Assembly: GCA_945896765.1 (NCBI GenBank) | Contig: CAMDEL010000001.1 | Coordinates: 1-33,906, forward strand | Length of the DNA stretch: 33,906 bases | Origin: Singulisphaera sp. GP187 | Lineage (GTDB): Bacteria > Planctomycetota > Phycisphaerae > Phycisphaerales > SM1A02 | Direction of reading: 5' to 3' | Shown here: positions 26,520-33,580 of the stretch, piece by piece | Layout: every line of letters starts with the position of its first letter | Position numbering within the stretch: the stretch's first letter is position 1 | Made by a program: the position numbers and the translations under genes | Notes under the pieces: model-generated | The model's input: only the letters and a program-made list of their open reading frames with translations | Told to the model about the DNA's origin: nothing | Database searches by the model: none

Positions 26520-26685
26520 ATGCATAAGTGTTCAGCCGTGAAAAGTCCTCTCGGGGCTCAGACAGTCCTCGGCGACCGACACGATCCGGTTTGTGAAATT
26601 TTATTGCAAGTGACGTCGGCCGCCTGCGGAACTCGCCCGAGAGAACTTTCCAGCGGCTGGATACGCAAACAGATGTGAGACGGAA
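26520..26685 (-). repeat. Copy A of a ~166-bp repeat containing a 127-nt imperfect palindrome (26533-26659); candidate structured RNA on the minus strand
   Basis: Near-identical to copy B at an offset of exactly 196 bp. Nested stems paired by hand. Confidence 0.85.
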
Positions 26686-26715
26686 ACAGACACAGACACA
26701 GACACAGCCACGGAA
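26686..26715. repeat. ACAGAC x3 followed by one ACAGCCACGGAA unit, linking copies A and B
   Basis: Read directly. Confidence 0.9.
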
Positions 26716-26881
26716 ATGCATAAGTGTTCAGCCGTGAAAAGTCCTCTCGGGGCTCAGACAGTCCTCGGCGACCGACACGATCCGATTTGTGAAATTTTAT
26801 TGCAAGCGCCGTCGGCCGCCTGCGGAACTCGCCCGAGAGAACTTTCCAACGGCTGGATACGCAAACGAATGTGCGACGGAA
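26716..26881 (-). repeat. Copy B of the ~166-bp repeat (palindrome core 26729-26855)
   Basis: Same as copy A. The few substitutions fall in the bulge and loop. Confidence 0.85.
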
Positions 26882-26957
26882 TCTGAAAAACGTTCGAGCG
26901 AGAATTTGATTCGCCAACGTGGGCAGCGGAATGATTTGAACCTCGGCGAGTTTGCAA

Positions 26958-26982
26958 GCCGAGCAAGTCTGCGCAGCTCGGC
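26958..26982. other. Perfect 7-bp inverted repeat GCCGAGC, 11 nt, GCTCGGC
   Basis: Read directly. No U-tract follows on either strand. Confidence 0.4.
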
Positions 26983-26989
26983 GCAGCAT

Positions 26990-27188
26990 GTTTGAGCCCG
27001 GGGGCAAATCAGTCCGCTGCCAAAATCTGCACGAACCACTTTTGAGTCCATGCATGTTTGAGCCCGGGGGCGAATCAGTCCGCTGCCAAAATCTGTACGA
27101 ACCACTTTTGAGTCCATGCATGTTTGAGCCCGGGGGCAAATCAGTCTGCTGCCAAAAATCTGCACGAACCATATTCGAGCCCATCCGC
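26990..27188. repeat. 66-bp tandem repeat x3 (third copy degenerate at its end) immediately 3' of rsmA
   Basis: Units start at 26990, 27056 and 27122. Each has CCCGGG, and CATGCATG spans the first two junctions. Confidence 0.95.
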
Positions 27189-27194
27189 CAAAAT

Positions 27195-28040
27195 TCAGCG
27201 CGCATGCATCAATTGAACAACTTGCTCTGGTGCAAGTTCTTCCGGCCGCATCGTTGGTTCGATACCCGTGGGCCATGTTCCGCTGCGACCGAGTATCGCT
27301 CCGAGTTGTTTGCGCCGCTTGTTAAAAAGTGTTTGCATGAATGCGCTGAGTGCAGCGACATCGAATGTCGGAGGTTGTTCAAGTTGTTCAATCGCAATCA
27401 TGGAACTCGTCACTTCGGGCGATGGCCAAAAACATGATGGTGGAAGTTCGGCAAAAATTTCGGTGCGACTGAGCAAATGCGAAAGGATCGAAAGAGGTCC
27501 GTACTCACCACATCGTGGCGAGGCGATCAATCGCTGCGCAACTTCGCGTTGGATGGTTGCATATTGTCCGATGCAATCGCGCCGCGTTGTCATGAGCAGA
27601 ATGATCAATGGAGTCGCAGCTTGATAAGGCAGATTCGCCACAAGTTTGAAGGACTTTCCCCCAAAGCGGCGATCGATTTCCGCCATCAATTCAGCGGAAA
27701 GTTTGTGCTTTCCATCGAGGCAATCCGCAACAATCAGCGAGACTTGTTCTGGAGCGCGAGCAATCACCCGATCTGTCAGAATCGCCGCCATATCTCGATC
27801 GATTTCGCATGCAACAATGTTTGCGCCGACTTCCACAAGTGCTTCGGTCAGTGCGCCAGTACCAGGGCCGACTTCAAGCACGCAATCACCATGCTTCACG
27901 CCAGCGCGCGCGATGATCCGGCGAATCTGATTGTGATCATGCAGAAAGTTTTGGCCGAATCGATGCCTTGGATGAATGCCTCGAACATCCAGCATCGCGC
28001 GAATTTCACTGAGCGTCTGCACGATGTCGCTTAAAACCAC
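27195..28040 (-). CDS. rsmA: 16S rRNA (adenine1518/1519-N6)-dimethyltransferase
   Basis: 281 aa with RFGQNFLHD, VLEVGPGTGALT and ANLPYQ motifs. Confidence 0.95.
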   Translation of the reverse strand: MVLSDIVQTLSEIRAMLDVRGIHPRHRFGQNFLHDHNQIRRIIARAGVKHGDCVLEVGPGTGALTEALVEVGANIVACEIDRDMAAILTDRVIARAPEQVSLIVADCLDGKHKLSAELMAEIDRRFGGKSFKLVANLPYQAATPLIILLMTTRRDCIGQYATIQREVAQRLIASPRCGEYGPLSILSHLLSRTEIFAELPPSCFWPSPEVTSSMIAIEQLEQPPTFDVAALSAFMQTLFNKRRKQLGAILGRSGTWPTGIEPTMRPEELAPEQVVQLMHAR

Positions 28041-28384
28041 TCGCGTCGATTGACGATATAGGTTCGGCAGAATTCTTCATCGCTCTTGGTGAGATAGGTG
28101 ATGCCTTCGACGATGCCGATGATCGCCATCACGAGCGCACCTGATCCTGGAAGACACAGACAGGCAGTCACCACAGAACCAACAATCGTCACCCCCAACA
28201 TAATGATTCCTGCCAACTGATATCCAAGCACAAACTTGTGAATTCCAAGCGCTCCAAGCAGAATCCCAAGCACGCCGGCCGCAACCTTCTTGCTCTTGGC
28301 TGTTTCAAGTTGAGCCGCAGTGAATGCTGAGGGAATCGCATTCGAAAATGGGGGGGGAGTTTGATTCTGCGGAGTTTCATCCAT
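28031..28384 (-). CDS. TM2 domain-containing small membrane protein
   Basis: 117 aa. KKVAAGVLGILLGALGIHKFVLGY followed by a second hydrophobic helix. Overlaps the rsmA start by 10 nt. Confidence 0.8.
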   Translation of the reverse strand: MDETPQNQTPPPFSNAIPSAFTAAQLETAKSKKVAAGVLGILLGALGIHKFVLGYQLAGIIMLGVTIVGSVVTACLCLPGSGALVMAIIGIVEGITYLTKSDEEFCRTYIVNRREWF

Positions 28385-28407
28385 AGTTGTTTCCTCTGAA
28401 ATGCAGT

Positions 28408-29997
28408 CTATCTCGCAACAGCTTCGGCTCGGACTTCACGAAGCACAGAGACCTTGATCTCGCCAGGAAACGTCATCTCATCTTCGACGCGCTTGGCAAT
28501 CGCTGTGGCAATCATGTGTGTTGTCGCATCATCGGCTTTGCGAGCGTCGACGATGACGCGAATTTCGCGTCCCGCCTGCACGGCGAAAGCTTCGGTCACG
28601 GAAGGTTGCTCACGCGCAATCGCTTCGAGCTGTTCGAGGCGTTTGATGTAAAGCTCCATCGACTCGCGTCGCGCTCCAGGTCGTGCGCCAGAGAGGGCGT
28701 CGGCCGCCATCACAATTGGGGTGTACGGAGTTGTCGGCGGAATATCAGAGTGATGTCCACCAATCGCATTCAAGACAGCATCTGTTTTTTCGCCATGACG
28801 CGCCGCGAATTCCATACCGATCGCTGGATGCCCACCTTCAATCTCATGATCCATCGCTTTGCCGATGTCATGCAGAAATCCTGCGCGGCGAGCGATCGCG
28901 CCGTTGAGCCCAAGTTGATCCGCGATCAGCTGCGAAAGAAAAGCAACTTCCAAAGAATGTCGCAGCACGTTCTGACCATAACTCGTCCGGAAGTGCAACT
29001 TGCCCATTGCCTCAATGATCTTGGGATTCAATCCACGAATGTCTGCTTCGAGCGCAGCTTCGGTTCCATGCTGAATAATGCGTTGATGAATGTCCTTGCG
29101 AACTTGCTCGACGACTTCCTCGACACGCGATGGATGGACTCGGCCATCCGCAACCAACTTCTGCAAGGTCTCTGCCGCAATGGCTTGACGCACACGATCG
29201 AAGCAAGAAACGCTGATCACGCCAGGCGTGTCATCGATGAGAATGTCAACGCCAGTCAACTTTTCAATTGCTCGAATGTTGCGGCCTTCGCGTCCAATGA
29301 TGCGCCCCTTCATTTCTTCGCTGGGGATCTTGACGCTGCGAATGGTCGAATCTGACACGGTTTCTGCGGCATAACGCTGGATTGCCATCAGAGTGATTTC
29401 TCTCGCACGCTCGCCGGCTTTCGCTTCTGCTTCGGTAATGATTTTGTGCTCGACCACGGCGGCCTGACGCATACTGTTGTTGCGAACATCTTCCAAGAAA
29501 ATCTCTCGCGCTTGTTCGACTGTCAGTCCAGCAATTTCGGAGAGTCGACGCTGAATCGATTCCCGTTCCTGCGTGACGGTGGTGAGGGCTTGCGCCAGTT
29601 CTGCTTGGCGTGCGTTGATCGCTTTGTCTTGTTGGTCGAGCCGAACTTCGCGGTCATTGATGTGCTCGAGTTTGCGCTCGAGTGTTTCCTGAATTTTCTG
29701 AGTTCTGACTTGACTCTCTTGCATACTTTGCAAAGCGAGTTTCACTTCGCGGTCGACTTCGCTTCTTCGCTCTGCCGCTTGTTTCTGAGCGGCAAGCTGA
29801 ATGTCTTTGGCACGATTACTTGCCGTGGACTCTGCGCTTCGGATCACTTCTTCGGCCTGCTGTTTGGCTCTTCGAAGACTTCGGCCTGTGTACAAACCGA
29901 TTGCGATGCCGCCGCAAACGAGTCCCAGAAATAACGCGGCTGCAATAAGCAGCACTTCGACAAATGTCAGGTTGATCAAATCAGTCTGTCCTGTCAT
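28408..29997 (-). CDS. rny: Ribonuclease Y
   Basis: N-terminal TM helix, coiled-coil region, KH domain (GRIIGREGRNIRAIE) and HD domain (FLHDIGK). The ATG at 29997 follows GAAAGGGG. The ORF-track start at 30030 is a TTG. Confidence 0.93.
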   Translation of the reverse strand: MTGQTDLINLTFVEVLLIAAALFLGLVCGGIAIGLYTGRSLRRAKQQAEEVIRSAESTASNRAKDIQLAAQKQAAERRSEVDREVKLALQSMQESQVRTQKIQETLERKLEHINDREVRLDQQDKAINARQAELAQALTTVTQERESIQRRLSEIAGLTVEQAREIFLEDVRNNSMRQAAVVEHKIITEAEAKAGERAREITLMAIQRYAAETVSDSTIRSVKIPSEEMKGRIIGREGRNIRAIEKLTGVDILIDDTPGVISVSCFDRVRQAIAAETLQKLVADGRVHPSRVEEVVEQVRKDIHQRIIQHGTEAALEADIRGLNPKIIEAMGKLHFRTSYGQNVLRHSLEVAFLSQLIADQLGLNGAIARRAGFLHDIGKAMDHEIEGGHPAIGMEFAARHGEKTDAVLNAIGGHHSDIPPTTPYTPIVMAADALSGARPGARRESMELYIKRLEQLEAIAREQPSVTEAFAVQAGREIRVIVDARKADDATTHMIATAIAKRVEDEMTFPGEIKVSVLREVRAEAVAR

Positions 29998-30321
29998 AAC
30001 GGGGACCCCTTTCAAAGGGCGTAATCCCAAATCGACAATGACAGTCGGATGCAGGCAGGAAATCAGGCGCAGTTTGAATCGTTCAGTTTCGGGAATCCTG
30101 TTTGAAAGAGTTCAGATCACAAATGAGGAGTCAGTCGAGAATCAGCGCGTCAGATCTATACGAACCCTTGCGAGCTCGTCGGGGGAGTACCCCGAATTTC
30201 CTACCTCACCGACTGCTGTCGGGGAGAGCGGGTGAAAAAGTGCCGACGGCGGAGTGCCGCAGCGTCATGAGAGTATTCGCCAGTCGGGGGTAGCGTCAAC
30301 GGCAGTTATCATCAAGAATCA

Positions 30322-32133
30322 ATGAGCGGGCCCTTTATGCGCATTCTGCAGGTTCTTCCTTTGAACCCAATCGCGCTTCGCTTGGTTCAAGGGGGATCTT
30401 GTCGCACTCGTCATCTGATGATTCGTTCAGGATATTTAGCACTTATGGTGATGGTCCTGCTGGTTGCCCTCATTGGGTCGGGCACGACTCTTCGCGAATT
30501 GTCGCAGAGCGGCGCGCGAGCATTCTCGATTGTCAGTTTCGGGCAGGTCTTTCTGATTTGCATTCTTGCGCCGATTTTTATGGGTGGCGCGATTGCGCAA
30601 GAATCGAATCCGCAAACATGGGATGTGATGCTGACATCTCCACTCAGTTCATTGCAGATCGTGCTCGGCAATTTATTTGGCCGATTGTTTTTTGTTCTCG
30701 CACTTTTGATCAGCACCTTTCCTCTTTTCGCCGTGACACAACTCTTCGGTGGTGTGCCAGGCTCTGCGATCATCGAGAGTTATGCAATATCTGCATCGAG
30801 CGCGCTGGTGATGGGAACAATCGCAATCACATTGAGTGTGACGCGCACGGGTGGTCGTCGATCTGTGTTCGTGTTCTATTGCGCCATCATCCTTTTTCTC
30901 TTTACAACATATGCGTTGGACCTTGCACTACAAACGCCAATCGCAGTGGGAAGCGATGCAGTCTTTACAACATGGATGACTCCACTCAATCCATTTCTGA
31001 CTTTAAACGTGCTATTACAGTCGAACATCTACATCCCTATGGATTTCGCCGGTACTGGATATCTCTGGCCGCAACGCATGTGGCTTGGTTCGCCAGTCTC
31101 AACGCAGTTATGGTTCTTCACTCTGCTTTCGATTTTCTTGATCGCATATTCAACTCTGCGCGTTCGCATTCTCGGCGGCGCACTGATCAGCGGTGGCGCG
31201 AAAGGACTGGGAGGCGATTCGAGTCGCGACCCGCGACGCGTTGGATCAAGTCCCATTGCATGGCGTGAACTTCATTCGAGAAGCCAAACAATGAGGGCAA
31301 AAACAATTCGGTGGGTCTTCATTTCTTTTGCAATCTCGATTGGATTTGTGATCGTCTTGCTCTCGCGTTCTGGAACTCTGAATGCTTTCCAGACTCGGTT
31401 GGCGCTCGCATCTGTCATTGGCGCGGAGATATTGGTTGTGATTCTCACCGCACTGAATTTGAGCGCGACTGCGGTCAGTCGCGAACGCGAAGACAAATCG
31501 CTGGACATTCTTCTGACGACTCCAATTCAACCTGGTGCATATATCGCAGGAAAACTGCGTGGTTTAGTGCAGTATTTGCTTCCGCTGATCGCGGTGCCAT
31601 GCGCAACACTTGGGATTGCTTCCTTGTATTTCATCACCAACGGATTTGGCAGTGGTGCAAATTTGATGGTTTCGGAAATCGTCGGTACTGGCAAAGTGTC
31701 CGTTCCAATTGTGCTTCCTGAAGTCGCGCTTGCACTTCCGATCGTGTTGACTTCATTCACCGCACTCTGCGTGATGGTCGGTTTGCAGTGGTCGGTCAAG
31801 AGCAAAGGAACAATTGCATCGGTTGTTGGAGCGACAGGCGTGGTGGCAATTATTGGCGGGTCGATTGGATTGTGCGGTTGGTCGATCGGCGGTTCAATTC
31901 CATACGGAGGAGCGATAATCAATGCCGCAAGTCCGATGAACCTTGCTCTTTCAGCGATCGAGCCTGGAATGATGATCCCTGGAAGTTTGGAATCTGTCGC
32001 CGGCAGACGCTGGTCGCTTCTCGGTGGATCACTCTTGGCGTCTATTTTGTACTGCGCAATCGTGTACGGGCTGCATTCCTCGATCAAGTCGAGTTTCATG
32101 ATGACCGTGCGCCGCTTGACTGGTACATCATGA
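30322..32133 (+). CDS. Internally duplicated ABC-2-type transporter permease-like polytopic membrane protein
   Basis: 603 aa, highly hydrophobic. Both halves carry the loop motif AQESNPQTWDVMLTSPLSSLQIVLGNL / SREREDKSLDILLTTPIQPGAYIAGKL, typical of ABC-2 permeases. No ATPase gene is adjacent. Confidence 0.7.
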   Translation: MSGPFMRILQVLPLNPIALRLVQGGSCRTRHLMIRSGYLALMVMVLLVALIGSGTTLRELSQSGARAFSIVSFGQVFLICILAPIFMGGAIAQESNPQTWDVMLTSPLSSLQIVLGNLFGRLFFVLALLISTFPLFAVTQLFGGVPGSAIIESYAISASSALVMGTIAITLSVTRTGGRRSVFVFYCAIILFLFTTYALDLALQTPIAVGSDAVFTTWMTPLNPFLTLNVLLQSNIYIPMDFAGTGYLWPQRMWLGSPVSTQLWFFTLLSIFLIAYSTLRVRILGGALISGGAKGLGGDSSRDPRRVGSSPIAWRELHSRSQTMRAKTIRWVFISFAISIGFVIVLLSRSGTLNAFQTRLALASVIGAEILVVILTALNLSATAVSREREDKSLDILLTTPIQPGAYIAGKLRGLVQYLLPLIAVPCATLGIASLYFITNGFGSGANLMVSEIVGTGKVSVPIVLPEVALALPIVLTSFTALCVMVGLQWSVKSKGTIASVVGATGVVAIIGGSIGLCGWSIGGSIPYGGAIINAASPMNLALSAIEPGMMIPGSLESVAGRRWSLLGGSLLASILYCAIVYGLHSSIKSSFMMTVRRLTGTS

Positions 32134-33485
32134 CAAGTGACGGATCCACGCGTATGTGGATTGTCATTGCGAGTGCGTTTTTCTCGCTGCTCTTCGTCTT
32201 CTTTTCGCTGCGAAGATTCCGCCGCCGCGCAATCTTGCGTGCGATGCCGACGACGCCGATTGGAGGTGTCTTTGTAGGAGATGTGGAAATCAAGGGGAAT
32301 GCCGTCGCGCGCAATCCCGTGATTGGTTATCTCTGCGAGTCGCCTTGCGTTTGTTTTTCATGGACAATCTCCGAGCATTGGACTCGGCGTCGCACGGTGA
32401 CAAGTACGGACAGCAAGGGCAATACGACAACGAAGGTTGTGACCGATCATGGCTCTGATGTTGTTGCCAATAGTCTCGATCAAACTGCGCTTGAAGTCGA
32501 AGATGACAGCGGGAGAATTCTCGTGCACTGGGAAGGCGCAAAGGTGGAGAAAGAAACACTTTTTTATCAAGTCGTGAATGAGGGAGAGCCACTTTATTAT
32601 GGCAAAGGTCCTGCCGGTTCTGTCTCTGGCTCCAACGGTGTTCGGACATTCTCAGAGGATGGAATTCGCATTGGAACGCCCTTGTTTGTAGTGGGATATG
32701 CGCGTCAGAGAGAAGACGTTGTTGATGTGGAAATCGCTCGTGGTGGGCGAAAGGGAACTGCGACCGAAGGCGCGGAGGCACGATTGTTTTTGATCTCGAC
32801 TCGCAATGAAGCGGCTGTCACCAGTGGTCACGGAACCGCTGGATGGTTCTATGCAATCATTGGATTTCTCGCCGTAGGAGGTTTGTTGATGATCGATGCT
32901 GCAGACGACAATGGGCACCTTGGACGAAAGTTTCCGTGGTACTTCGCGATTGGCTTCGCGAGTTTTTGTATGGTCTTCGCACTCGCGTGGTTTGTCTGGA
33001 TGTTCAACGAACTGATTGATTTACGCAATCGTGTTGTTCGTGCTGCGTCAAATATCGACGTGCAGTTGAAGCGGCGCGCGGATTTGATTCGAGGATTGAT
33101 CGAGTGTGCATCTGCAATCCGTGATCACGAAGGGAGATTGCAAAAAGCGATCGCATTTCTTCGCGCACAAGCAATGTTGGAAAATCGCAAGTCTGCGCAT
33201 GGACATGCGAAAGTCGCAATGCCGATGATTGACGCAATCATCGAGGCGTACCCAAATCTCAAATCCGGCGAGGTCTTTCTGCGTCTGCAAGAAGCGCTGA
33301 GCGATGCCGAACAGCGCATCGCATTGGCGCGCGACGAATTCAACGGCACCGCTGCGGGATACAACACAAGAATTGTTGAATTTCCAAGCAGAATCGTTGC
33401 AAGTTTCGCCTTGATGCGCCGCGCAAATTTCTTCGAAGCGACGACCTTCGAACGCATCGTGCCAACTGTGCAAACAAGCGTGTAA
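32130..33485 (+). CDS. Membrane protein with an N-terminal GIDE-like domain fused to a C-terminal LemA domain
   Basis: The ATG at 32130 overlaps the permease stop as ATGA. 451 aa: TM helix, ~230-aa domain, two TM helices, then a LemA region (NIDVQLKRRADLI, EAYPNLKSGEVF, YNTRIVEFPSRIVA). The GIDE assignment is tentative. Confidence 0.75.
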   Translation: MTSDGSTRMWIVIASAFFSLLFVFFSLRRFRRRAILRAMPTTPIGGVFVGDVEIKGNAVARNPVIGYLCESPCVCFSWTISEHWTRRRTVTSTDSKGNTTTKVVTDHGSDVVANSLDQTALEVEDDSGRILVHWEGAKVEKETLFYQVVNEGEPLYYGKGPAGSVSGSNGVRTFSEDGIRIGTPLFVVGYARQREDVVDVEIARGGRKGTATEGAEARLFLISTRNEAAVTSGHGTAGWFYAIIGFLAVGGLLMIDAADDNGHLGRKFPWYFAIGFASFCMVFALAWFVWMFNELIDLRNRVVRAASNIDVQLKRRADLIRGLIECASAIRDHEGRLQKAIAFLRAQAMLENRKSAHGHAKVAMPMIDAIIEAYPNLKSGEVFLRLQEALSDAEQRIALARDEFNGTAAGYNTRIVEFPSRIVASFALMRRANFFEATTFERIVPTVQTSV

Positions 33486-33580
33486 GCGAGATTTGGCGCA
33501 TCGTCGTTGAAGGCTGGCGAGACTCTCGCTAGAATCAGATTTCAGCCCCAAGAAGAGCACATAGAAGGAGATTCAACGCC

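Noticed and set aside
26448-27188. Possible CRISPR array
   Set aside because: The repeats are contiguous tandem units (12, 66 and 196 bp) with no unique spacers of regular length. No cas genes are present anywhere in the window.
26558-27205. 215-aa minus-strand ORF (plus 26797-27276, 26412-26678 and 26952-27437) spanning the repeat region
   Set aside because: The reading frames exist only because the DNA repeats lack stops. The peptide merely echoes the 66-bp and 196-bp repeats. No start context or family resemblance is present, and it overlaps the rsmA 3' end.
28387-29355. 322-aa plus-strand ORF antisense to rny
   Set aside because: It is a shadow ORF opposite a strongly supported RNase Y gene with KH and HD motifs, and has no recognisable domains.
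29998-30030. TTG start at 30030 for rny
   Set aside because: The ATG at 29997 has a GAAAGGGG ribosome-binding site at proper spacing, and the TM helix begins right after it. The TTG has no such context.
30031-30321. tRNA, small RNA or a 63-aa basic ORF (30102-30293) in the rny/permease intergenic region
   Set aside because: No cloverleaf or T-loop consensus was found. The ORF has no ribosome-binding site or recognisable motif. Only short hairpins and the TGAA/TTCA sites were retained, as a low-interest finding.
31788-32129. Upstream 114 codons of the ORF-track 565-aa ORF (LemA gene)
   Set aside because: This part lies entirely inside the permease gene in another frame. The ATG at 32130 forms an ATGA overlap with the permease stop and is followed directly by the first TM helix.
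33485-33530. Hairpin AGCGAGA, 32 nt, TCTCGCT after the LemA gene as an intrinsic terminator
   Set aside because: The loop is far too large and there is no U-tract, so it cannot be supported as a terminator from sequence alone.
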